NCBI GenBank assembly: GCA_035720235.1
Contig: DASTOH010000130.1
Location: 18,660-82,659 of the forward strand
Direction: 5' to 3'
Source of the DNA: Anaerolineales bacterium
GTDB lineage: Bacteria > Chloroflexota > Anaerolineae > Anaerolineales > Villigracilaceae
Length of the DNA stretch: 64,000 bases
Shown: one piece after another, positions 1 to 9,400 of the stretch
Layout of the letters: the number at the start of each line of letters is the position of its first letter
How positions within the stretch are numbered: the stretch's first letter is position 1
The notes under the pieces: model-generated
Seen by the model: only the letters and a program-made list of their open reading frames with translations
Databases searched by the model: none
What the model was told of the DNA's origin: nothing
Made by a program: the position numbers and the translations under genes

Positions 1-32
1 ACTCCTCTATGTAATTTCGACCAAAAACGACG

Positions 33-257
33 TTAAGCGCCGTCCGACCCTTTTTCGATGTCGAGCGGCACATAACGCCGAATAAATTCAACCGCATCCT
101 CCCACAAATGGAAGTTCAGCTCCTCTTCGCTCTGAATGTGACGGATAGAGCCGCGATAGGGATGCTGCGTCTGGGTACCATCCACCAGATCATCCTGTGC
201 TTCATTCATGACAAACCGTATGACAAACGAGGAGATGAGCGGTGGTTGGGAGTCCAT
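33..257 (-). CDS. small hypothetical protein (~74 aa) downstream of the STAND/BTAD regulator
   Basis: ORF-track 33..287; ATG at 257 (MDSQPPLISSFVIRF...YRGSIRHIQSEEELNF) gives a compact globular-looking protein co-oriented with the regulator. Confidence 0.7.
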   Translation of the reverse strand: MDSQPPLISSFVIRFVMNEAQDDLVDGTQTQHPYRGSIRHIQSEEELNFHLWEDAVEFIRRYVPLDIEKGSDGA

Positions 258-317
258 TGCCAACAGGATAGCAAATGGTAGTAACAAGTGAGTTACAGAT
301 ACTGTAAAAAGCTTTAT

Positions 318-384
318 TCCGCTGATCTACGCCAACCTACGCGAATCGAAAACAGATTCGTGGAGATTCGCGCGGATTAGCGGA
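318..384. repeat. inverted array of ~10-nt tandem units
   Basis: ccgctgatct-acgccaacct-acgcgaatc ... gattcgtgga-gattcgcgcg-gattagcgg; arms are imperfect reverse complements. Confidence 0.7.
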
Positions 385-422
385 CTCGTAAAAGGTTTTG
401 CGTAAGTCGTGAAGTTATAGAT

Positions 423-3400
423 CTATCCACCACGCACCAACTGCTCGTACAACTTTTGCGTTTCGGGAGCCGGGCTTACATCCAGCTCATTGCGCAGCGT
501 TTGCACACAGCGTTGATACGTCCGCCCTATCTGTCCCCTATCCCCCAGCCCATCATACGCCAGCATCAGGTGACGATAGGCACGTTCCCAGCAGCTATCG
601 TGGCCCAGAATGCGCTGGCAGAGGTCAATCGCTTCGTTGAACCGTTTTTTCCCCACAAGGATCTCCGCCAGTTTATCTGCGCTTTCAAGGAAAAGAGTGG
701 ACAGACGTTCGCTCTCCTCCGCGGCCCAGGTCTCATATAAGGTATCAGGTAAATATTCGCCCTTATACAAGTCCATCGCCTGCTGAAGCAAGGCAGGATC
801 CCCCTTCGCCTCTTTCACTGCTTTCGAAAATTCCTCCGCATCCAGCCAGAGGTCCGCGTTTGGACGCAAGCCGTAGGTGCTGCCCTCACGAAAGATGAAT
901 GCCGATTCAGACCCCGCATCCCGTTCAGGCTCGAGAACCTGGTACAGCGTGTTCAACGTGATCTTGAAATTTCGTTGCGCAGTCATTGGATCCGCTTCGG
1001 GCCAAAGGTATTCACAGATCTGGTCGCGGTCAAGCGGCGAGTGACGGTACGTCAACAGGAGCTGGAACAACTGCTTCGATTTTTCGCGCCGCCATCCATT
1101 AGATGGAATCGCCTCAGCTCCGCGCCAGACCTGGAAACCACCCAGGGTGTCGACTCTCAGCTGATAGCCTGGATGCGCCTCAATACCCGCCAATCCAAGG
1201 CCCTCGGAAAGTAATTGAGCAGCATAGCTGCCTTCCCATCCTTTTTGCGATGCGTGGATGATTAACGGCACAAAGATGCGCTCATCCAGCGCTCCCAACA
1301 TGGACGGACGGGTAAACAGGAAACCATAATCGTTCGCCTGACAGGTGGCAAGCACTTCTGGCAGAGTCTGGGAGAGGCGATCAAATTGCTTACGTTTGAA
1401 ACATCCCAGTGACAGCCACAAGCGGGCCGCACTGCGGCCAAACGGATCGCTGCATTCCTGAAAACCTGCTATCGCCTTGCCAAGCCATTGCTCTGCAGAT
1501 TCATATCGCTCTGCCAACGTCAGACTCGCGCCCATCGTCAGGCGGATCAGAGACGCGATCCATTCGTCGCCCGCCTGCGCAGCGATCTCAATCGATTCCT
1601 GCGCGTGGGTCAAGGCCCTGGTCAGGTCGCCTGCGTATCCATACGAACGGCACAATCCCCAGCCCGATTCGACTCGCAAACGCGGCACAGCCAACATACG
1701 GCTGAGCTCGATGCTCTTTTCATACTGTTGTCGCGCTTTGCTGAAATTCTCATCCCGTTCCCGGTAATTCCCGAGGAGCATCCAGGCGTGTCCCTGACGC
1801 ATGTAGCCCACCGCGCTGACAAACGGGGAATCCAGTGACTCGCCGCGTCTCGTCCCCTCCACGGCTGCCTGATAGGCTAATTCCGGTTCGCCTTGCATGA
1901 CATAGATAAAGGATAAGAGCAATAGCGTTTCGCGGTGTGCGCGCGGTGTTTGGACCGGTATCGCTTTTTCGGCCTCTGCACGCTGCTCCAGACCTTTCCT
2001 GGCTTCATTGAAACGACCCGTACGCAGCAAGACCCTGAACCATAGCTGGTCATTCGTTGGACCTTCCAACCGGAGGTCTTCCGCACGCTGGCGCAGTCGC
2101 ACAGCCTCTTCCACACGCCCGTAATTAAGTTTGTTCTCTGCCAGCAATTCGAACAAGCGCACCTGCGCCTCACGGTCTTCAAAACCATCGCTCAACCGGA
2201 TGGCTTCTTCGAGCAGTTGCTCTGCCTTGCTGGGGTCCACCGTATCGAGATATACCCGGGCCTGACCACGCAGGGCTCGGGCGACGCCATCCTGCTGTCC
2301 ACGGCTGCGCCAGAGAGTCTCCGCCTGCTTATACCAACCTAATGCTTCATCGAACCGGCTGTGTAAACGAGCCAGGTCTCCCAGCGTAAAAATTAGCATG
2401 GGATGTCCGTGCAGGCTCTCGGGTGGCAATGAATCGATGTAGGTCGCAAGCGTATCGAGCCGTCCCATACTAAGTAAATTTCCCGAATATATATCCAGCA
2501 TATCCGCGACGGCATCCCATGCCTGAGCTTCAAGCAAATGATAGATCGCGGATTCAGGATCATTGCGGGCAGAAAAATAATCTGCTGCGATTCTGTTCCA
2601 TCCTTGACGTTGCTCAAACGTGGATTGCTGGCGCAGGAAGTTATGGAAAATATGATGATAGCGCATCACACCTTCGGCAGTTTCGACGATAAATAAGTCC
2701 TGCCTGCGCAGATAGGCCAGCATGGAGGCAGAGTCTCCTGCAAGGTTGCCCACTGTCCTTCGAAGCGCATCACAGACATCGGGTGTAAGATCACGCAGCG
2801 TGGAGGTTATCAACAAGAACTCGCGCACATCCGAGGACTGCCCTGCAAAGACCTCGCGCGCAAGCAAATCAAAAAGCGCATCCAATGAAGCTGCCTGCCA
2901 ACGAGATGGAAAATCCAACGACGGCACAGGCTGGGCACGCAGATTCTGCCAGATGAGTTGCAGCGCAATTGCCCATCCTTCGGTGTAAGAGAGCAATGCT
3001 TCCGCTTCCTCAGTTGTCAATTCAACATTGTAATGGGTGACAAACAGCGCAGTGATTTCCTCGGTGGTAAAGGTCAGTGCGAATTGATCCAGAAACAACA
3101 CTTCGCCTTTCGCACGCCAACGCGAAAGGTTAGGCAGAGTGAGTGTGGGCCTACCGGATAACAGCACATGGAAATTCGCCGGAGCCAGGCCAATCAGCCG
3201 GTCAAGCAGGTGCGGTACCTCACCTGTATCGGTAACGTGATGCGCGTCATCGAGTATGAGCAGTGCAGGCACGACAAGATGATTACTTAACGCATTGATG
3301 ATCTGATCGAGAATGCCGCGCCATGGCAGGGGCCCCTGTCCCCCCTCCCATGATTCAAGGAACGCTATCGGCAGATCCGTGATGCCTGGTAACGCTTTTT

Positions 3401-3659
3401 GTATCGCATGACATACGTGCAGAAGGAATACCAATGGGTCATTATCTTCATCACTAACCTGATACCAGACAACTGGCTGAGTCTCCCCCGCCAGCTCTGC
3501 TAGTGCCGTGCTCTTGCCATATCCCGCGCCGGCCTGGAGTATCGTCAGACGATAATCGAATGCCTGTTTCAGTATCTGACTCACGCGCGGACGGGCTAAG
3601 GTGCGCAGCCCACGTGGAGGTGGAATGATCTTTGTGCGAAGGACAGTGTGAAGGAACAT
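423..3659 (-). CDS. MalT-like STAND ATPase/TPR transcriptional regulator with C-terminal wHTH-BTAD (SARP-type) output
   Basis: N-term LRTKIIPP..R; Walker A AGAGYGKST; Walker B LLILDDAH; TEGWAIAL; RYHHIF; C-term LRVDTLGGFQV, LWPE, LYKGEYL, ERAYRHLM, ELDVSPAPET. Confidence 0.9.
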   Translation of the reverse strand: MFLHTVLRTKIIPPPRGLRTLARPRVSQILKQAFDYRLTILQAGAGYGKSTALAELAGETQPVVWYQVSDEDNDPLVFLLHVCHAIQKALPGITDLPIAFLESWEGGQGPLPWRGILDQIINALSNHLVVPALLILDDAHHVTDTGEVPHLLDRLIGLAPANFHVLLSGRPTLTLPNLSRWRAKGEVLFLDQFALTFTTEEITALFVTHYNVELTTEEAEALLSYTEGWAIALQLIWQNLRAQPVPSLDFPSRWQAASLDALFDLLAREVFAGQSSDVREFLLITSTLRDLTPDVCDALRRTVGNLAGDSASMLAYLRRQDLFIVETAEGVMRYHHIFHNFLRQQSTFEQRQGWNRIAADYFSARNDPESAIYHLLEAQAWDAVADMLDIYSGNLLSMGRLDTLATYIDSLPPESLHGHPMLIFTLGDLARLHSRFDEALGWYKQAETLWRSRGQQDGVARALRGQARVYLDTVDPSKAEQLLEEAIRLSDGFEDREAQVRLFELLAENKLNYGRVEEAVRLRQRAEDLRLEGPTNDQLWFRVLLRTGRFNEARKGLEQRAEAEKAIPVQTPRAHRETLLLLSFIYVMQGEPELAYQAAVEGTRRGESLDSPFVSAVGYMRQGHAWMLLGNYRERDENFSKARQQYEKSIELSRMLAVPRLRVESGWGLCRSYGYAGDLTRALTHAQESIEIAAQAGDEWIASLIRLTMGASLTLAERYESAEQWLGKAIAGFQECSDPFGRSAARLWLSLGCFKRKQFDRLSQTLPEVLATCQANDYGFLFTRPSMLGALDERIFVPLIIHASQKGWEGSYAAQLLSEGLGLAGIEAHPGYQLRVDTLGGFQVWRGAEAIPSNGWRREKSKQLFQLLLTYRHSPLDRDQICEYLWPEADPMTAQRNFKITLNTLYQVLEPERDAGSESAFIFREGSTYGLRPNADLWLDAEEFSKAVKEAKGDPALLQQAMDLYKGEYLPDTLYETWAAEESERLSTLFLESADKLAEILVGKKRFNEAIDLCQRILGHDSCWERAYRHLMLAYDGLGDRGQIGRTYQRCVQTLRNELDVSPAPETQKLYEQLVRGG

Positions 3660-4092
3660 GACCGGGTATTTGAGTGTATCGCAGAATCGAGGAATCTTGC
3701 AACGACTCAGGGGCGCGGCACCATGGCTTTTTCAAAATCGGAGGTAAAGATGCCTTATACCCGGATACCTCGACACCTTCGGCATGTTTCAGGAAGCGGA
3801 CGGATTTTTTTCCGTCTTGTCACGGTCGAAGCAAAGCGTAGAATCTGCGCTGTCCGCGTGCTCTGTGTACAAAAGTGGATTTTGTCAAGCGTTCTTGAGA
3901 AAACCATATTGGGTCTTGCAGGGGCTGGTCCGCGTTTGATATACAGCGACAACAGACTCATCCTGTTGAGACCGGAATGCGTAGCTATTTACGTGCCAAC
4001 CGGTAGCAAGGAGAGCACCTGCTATTACAGCAAGTTTTTGAACGCCTATGATAAAATTCCCGATACCTTTCCGGACGAATGCCCTGGCTGAA

Positions 4093-5400
4093 ATGAACTC
4101 CTCAACAAACGAAATAATTATCCTGATACTGCTGATTCTCACAAACGGACTGTTTTCACTGGCTGAGATGGCAGTCGTTTCGGCGCGCAAGGTGAGGCTA
4201 CAACAACGCGCAGAAGAGGGCAGCCGAGGCGCAAAGACCGCGCTGGGCCTCGCCATGCAGCCTACCCGTTTTCTTTCCACCGTTCAAACCGGCATCACAC
4301 TGATCGGCATTTTGAGTGGCGCATTTGGTGGTGCAACTATCGCCGAAACTCTCGCGGCTTATTTTGCCCGCTTCCCTATCCTTCAACCCTACAGTGAAGC
4401 CATCGGTGTTGGGATTGTGGTCACAGTGGTGACCTATTTTTCCCTCGTCCTTGGGGAACTCGTACCCAAGCGTTTAGCCCTGAACAATCCAGAGGCGATT
4501 GCGATCTCCGTGGCGCCTTTCATGGAGTTTGTAGCCAGACTTGCCAGACCCGTGGTGAGCCTGTTGAGCTCCTCTACTGAGATGCTCGTGCGTCTTCTGA
4601 GGATCAAACCTACCAGTGAGCCAGCCATCACCGAGGAAGAAGTCAAGATCCTGATCGAGCAGGGACGGCAATCGGGCTTGTTCGAGGATGTCGAGCAGGA
4701 AATTGTCGAACGGGTTTTTCGTTTGAGCGATCGAACCGTAAACTCCTTAATGACCCATCGTTCTGAGATGGTCTGGCTGGATGTGGATGACCCCATTCAG
4801 GAAAACATCAAGAAAATGATCGCATCCGGTCATTCCAATTTTGTGGTTTGCCGAGGTGATGTGGATCAGGTCATTGGGGTTTTACGGGCCAAGGATTTGC
4901 TGAGAGAATATGCAACAAGAGGCTCTGTTGCCATCCCGGCTTCGTTGCAAATGCCTCCCTTTGTGCCCGAGGGCATGAATGCCCTGGAAGTCGTGGAACG
5001 CCTCCGGCAGGACAAATGTCCCGTGGCGCTCGTCGTGGATGAATATGGAACAATCGACGGGATGGTGACGCTGACGGATGTGCTCGAAGCCATCGTGGGG
5101 GATATCCCCGCGCTGGACATTGATGGGGAACCCGAGGCCGTGCAACGTGAAGATGGTTCTTGGCTGCTGGATGGCCTGATGTCTACGGATGAACTGCAGA
5201 TGCTTTTGGACCTGGACGAATTGCCCGAGGATTCGGATGAGTATGATACCCTGGGCGGATTCTTGATGGCGCAATTAGGACGTGTCCCAACCGTGGGGGA
5301 CAAGTTCGAATGGCATGATCTCCGTTTTGAAGTTATGGATATGGATGGACACCGGGTGGACAAAGTGCTGGTCACGCCCATGAAGCCAGCCACACACTGA
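4093..5400 (+). CDS. hemolysin-family CNNM/CBS/CorC-HlyC membrane protein (Mg2+/divalent cation transport family)
   Basis: NGLFSLAEMAVVSARK, FLSTVQTGIT, GELVPKRLAL, CBS pair with VVDEYGTIDGMVTLTDVLEAIVGDI, YDTLGGF, MDGHRVDKV; start ATG 4093 preferred over 4048. Confidence 0.92.
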   Translation: MNSSTNEIIILILLILTNGLFSLAEMAVVSARKVRLQQRAEEGSRGAKTALGLAMQPTRFLSTVQTGITLIGILSGAFGGATIAETLAAYFARFPILQPYSEAIGVGIVVTVVTYFSLVLGELVPKRLALNNPEAIAISVAPFMEFVARLARPVVSLLSSSTEMLVRLLRIKPTSEPAITEEEVKILIEQGRQSGLFEDVEQEIVERVFRLSDRTVNSLMTHRSEMVWLDVDDPIQENIKKMIASGHSNFVVCRGDVDQVIGVLRAKDLLREYATRGSVAIPASLQMPPFVPEGMNALEVVERLRQDKCPVALVVDEYGTIDGMVTLTDVLEAIVGDIPALDIDGEPEAVQREDGSWLLDGLMSTDELQMLLDLDELPEDSDEYDTLGGFLMAQLGRVPTVGDKFEWHDLRFEVMDMDGHRVDKVLVTPMKPATH

Positions 5401-5469
5401 GAGGCTGTGAGGGAATTATCTCGCTAAACGCTTGCGGGCAAAGTATTCCTGTTTTGATCGACTTGCTTC

Positions 5470-6216
5470 CTAACCGCCTGTTTGAGCGATGCCAGACGAG
5501 CTCCGCGTTCCATCCATGAGCGCTTTTAGGCTATAACCCACACCTCCCGCCGCGAAGTACATCACTGAACTCATGGAAAGTGAAAAAAACTGCAGTCCGA
5601 GCAATTCTCGGTAATTGTCCTCGTGATTCAAATACGCTGCGACCGATTCGAAATCATGATAATTGTAGTCATGGTAGAAGAACGGGATCCAAACCATTCT
5701 GTCGGCAAGGAAGGTAGTCGTCACGACATAGCTGCCGAGGTATAAAAGCATGATCACCGCGAAAAAAAGGATGACCGACAGAAACATGAACCTGAAGGGA
5801 ACCTCAAACATCCGGTGCTGGTATCCAGCGAACGCCACCAACAGGAGCGAGGCGACCACCAGCAGATTATGTATCCCCAGCCACAGATCGTAGGGCATTT
5901 GCCAAAACATGGTCAGGGCAATGTAGGAAGCTAAACCCCCACCAGCAAGAAGCGCCCAACGACCGTAGCGTAAGAATAGCCTGTTCCTCTTCATTCGAAA
6001 CCCACTCCTGCGATTGGCGCGTGATTTTTCCCCATCCAGCTTCCATTGGAACACGAACCAGTTCCATGCCAGCCAGTGTAGCCTCTCCCGAAACCTATAC
6101 CATTGGATATAAAGATAGATTTGGAGGAGGTCCCACAGCGGGAGCTGATCCACATGCTTTTGAATTTTTTCTCGAAGCTCTCGCCTTTTCCTGGCTTCTT
6201 CTTCCTGCTTTTCCAT
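5470..6216 (-). CDS. hypothetical membrane protein (charged/Trp-rich N-terminus, ~4 TM helices)
   Basis: ORF-track 5470..6252; hydrophobic segments in the C-terminal two-thirds; start uncertain (6216 or 6252). Confidence 0.65.
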   Translation of the reverse strand: MEKQEEEARKRRELREKIQKHVDQLPLWDLLQIYLYIQWYRFRERLHWLAWNWFVFQWKLDGEKSRANRRSGFRMKRNRLFLRYGRWALLAGGGLASYIALTMFWQMPYDLWLGIHNLLVVASLLLVAFAGYQHRMFEVPFRFMFLSVILFFAVIMLLYLGSYVVTTTFLADRMVWIPFFYHDYNYHDFESVAAYLNHEDNYRELLGLQFFSLSMSSVMYFAAGGVGYSLKALMDGTRSSSGIAQTGG

Positions 6217-6430
6217 CGTAATCCAGCCTTTCGGTACATGGCCCTCAACCATGCCGGTTTTCTGGCCTGGCCTCCAGAGGGGTAATTATATCCCCTTCGA
6301 TTGACGAGAAATCGTGTCAAATTCTTTGCAGATCAAATATGTCATGTTTTTTGAAGCCTAATGTCACTTTTGGAACCTTTCTTCAGCGAATTTGCTTGAT
6401 GAGCGATTCCTCCTATGCGATAATGAACGT

Positions 6431-9400
6431 ATGCACTGTCCACGGTGTAAGTATCCCAATTTCATCTCGAATGGGACTTGCCCCAAATGTGGCTTCCACG
6501 GGGATCCCGGTCAGATTGAAGACCTCTCTCGGCTTAATTGGCTTCTGAGGGAGATGAATTCATGGGTTGACCAGGGTATCCTCAAACAAATCCCGAGGCG
6601 TCTGCAAAAACATTACGAAACCCGCCGGCAGCAAGTCCTGTCTGATCTGGGGCTGGCTCATGTCCCCTTCACATCGCAGGAGGCTGCCACCGCGTGGGCG
6701 GAACTGCGCCGGTACGAGCTTCTCTTTCAGGAGTTGGAAAAATGGCAGGCCGCGGGGCATCTCCAAACGGGTTATCTTCCCAGTTACCATGCCCGGCTCA
6801 TCGAGCTGCGCAGCCGCATGGTGGGCTATCAGGGCCGTGTTTTCCCTGCGACGAACCGCGAACGGCTGGATGAAGTGGACTTCCTGTTAGGTGCCATTCA
6901 ATCCCTCGCTTCGCGCGGAGAGTTCAAGAACCCGAGAGTCAGGTACATCATCAGCAATCCTCTCTTGATCGAGAAGGCCACGCTGGAGAGCCTCCTTAAC
7001 CCTCCAGCGGAGAAAAAGCCAGAGATCAAGACCGGGGCCATCGGTCGAGCGGCTAAGCTTGCCTCCCTACCAAAACCCACTCCCAAACCCGAAGAACCTC
7101 CCCCGCCGCCGCGTCCGCCGCTCAGGGAATGGCTGTGGCGCTCGATCCTTTCCGAACGCACACTACAGGCATTGCTCTTCCTCGGCATCTTCTTGCTTTT
7201 CGTCGCGGCGATCTCCTTCGTGATCTGGGGCTGGAAGGATTTCTCTGCACCCGTGCGGGTGGCCATTCCCTTTGGCTTCACGATGCTCTTCTTCGGTCTT
7301 GGCTGGTTCGTTCGTACCAGGACCCATCTCTATCGTTCTGCCATCGCGCTCAGCGCCATCGCGGCTCTTTTGATCCCGATTGATTCGTACACGATCTATG
7401 CCAATTATGGTTCGCCGCCTGAAGGCTGGCCGGAGTTCTGGCTGATCACATCGCTGGCGTGCCTGGTCGCATACATTCTTGCCGCTCTGCAAATTCAAAG
7501 CCGCTTCTTCGGCTACATCACAGGCATCGCGGCGGGCAGCGCAGTCCTGGCCTCCCTGGAAGTCTTCACGGATCTTTCGAGCGACTGGTACTCTGCCGCA
7601 CTATCCGTTCTCGCGGTGGGCATGCTCTTGCTGGCGACGGGCATTACGCGTCGCCAGCAAGCCGGTCGCTGGCGCGCCTTCGCCGAACCGTTTCGTTACC
7701 TCGCGCTTTGGACCCCGGCCGTATTAATGCCTCTCACGCTCGGACTGCGCCTCGTCACGCGTGAGGCCTACGATGCCCTGCACTACGCTATGACCGTCAA
7801 CTGGTTTCTGGGCGGATTCATCTTCGCCTGGGGCGCGATCCATCATCGCTCGCGGAGTCTGGGAATGCTCGCCGCGATTTCGCTGCCGGTCTCTGTGTAT
7901 ATGGCACAGGGCGCGCTCTTCCATCAGACTGGGATCAACCCTGCCTGGCACGCCTTCGGGCTGGCATGTTTGACTCCACTGTACCTGTATACCGGCCGCA
8001 AACTCTCAGCTTTCAAGGATGATGCCGTTCTCTCCGCCCATGGACGGACGGCCACAGGCTGGGGCATGACGCTGATCGTCGTCGCTGCGCTGCTCTCGCT
8101 CACCGACCTGACCAGTGGAACTGCCGCCGCGGCCTCCCATGCCATACTCATTGCAAGTACGGCTCTGATTGCTGTCGTATGGGAGCGACCGCGTGCCCTG
8201 TACGCCGCGGCTTTCTTTTCTTTCACGGCGTCCACGTTTGCCATGTCCGAATTGGATTTGTCCTTGAATCAGCTGGGTGTTGGCTGGGCATCGCTGGCAA
8301 TCCTGTTGATCCTGTTTTCGCTTAGGCTGGCGCGCAAACCAGAATATATCGAACAGAGAAGACCTTACATCAACCCGCTTGTCACCTCTACCTATATCAT
8401 TGCCGCGCTGGCAATCATCCCTCCCCTCTCGATTTATGACGGACATTTACTGTCCTACTCCCTTGGCAACTGGATCGCGCTCGCGGCTTGGGGCGCCTCT
8501 CTGGCGCATCACGGACAGCCCGGATTTGCTTCCGTCCCACAAACAGGGAAAACAAATCTCTTCAAGCGTTTTCTTGCAAGCGAAGCGATCTATCACTGGT
8601 TCACGACGCTGCCACTTCCATTCTGGGTGTGGTTAATCACTCAAAACAATGAGTTCCCTGATGAAGTGTTGCCTCTCTTATTGGTCGCGCTCGCCTGCCT
8701 CATGGTTTTCGTGAGTTATTGGTTAAGGAGATTCACTGGAAATGATTGCCGCATTCCCTGGCGCTTGACCGGGCTGATCGTCAGCGTCCTCGCGCCAATG
8801 GTGGCATTCGTTACTCTACCAGACGGATACATACCAGCTATTGCATTGCTGGCAGTTGGTTTATTGTATTTCGCGGATACGTTGGCATCGCGTGAAGCGT
8901 TAGGATTTTACCCGGCCGGACTCGTCACTGCCGGGGGACTCTGGCACCTCCTCAAGCAGGCAGAAGTAGATAACGAGATCATCACCTTTGCGTTATGTCT
9001 GCTGGTTGCGATTTACTTTCTTGCCGGGCTTGCCGCGGAACGCAGGCCACGGGTCCCCGTTGCCACGTTCAAGTTCTTAGCCCCTCTGTATAACACTGCC
9101 CATTTTCTCGCTTTCATCATCCTGGTTCGGATCTACGTTGCTCCCCTGGAGGAACTGATCGGCACCTCCGAATGGACGGATGCCATGCAACTCTGGGGCG
9201 CGGCGGATCAGTTGTTGCTCAGTATCCTTTACGGCTCGTACGCCTGGGGACGTTATGAGGAACGCTGGGGACACCTCGCGGCCTGGCTTGGAATGATCGG
9301 CGGTGGATTCGTCGCCATCGTTTTCAGCCGTGGACATGGCTCGCTGGCCGCCAAGGGGGCCATCATCGCAGCAATCATGATCCTTGCAGAGCGCGGACTC

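Noticed and set aside
3660-4092. Riboswitch or small ORFs upstream of the CNNM gene
   Set aside because: No riboswitch consensus recognisable by eye and the overlapping ORFs lack coding features; an Rfam scan would be needed
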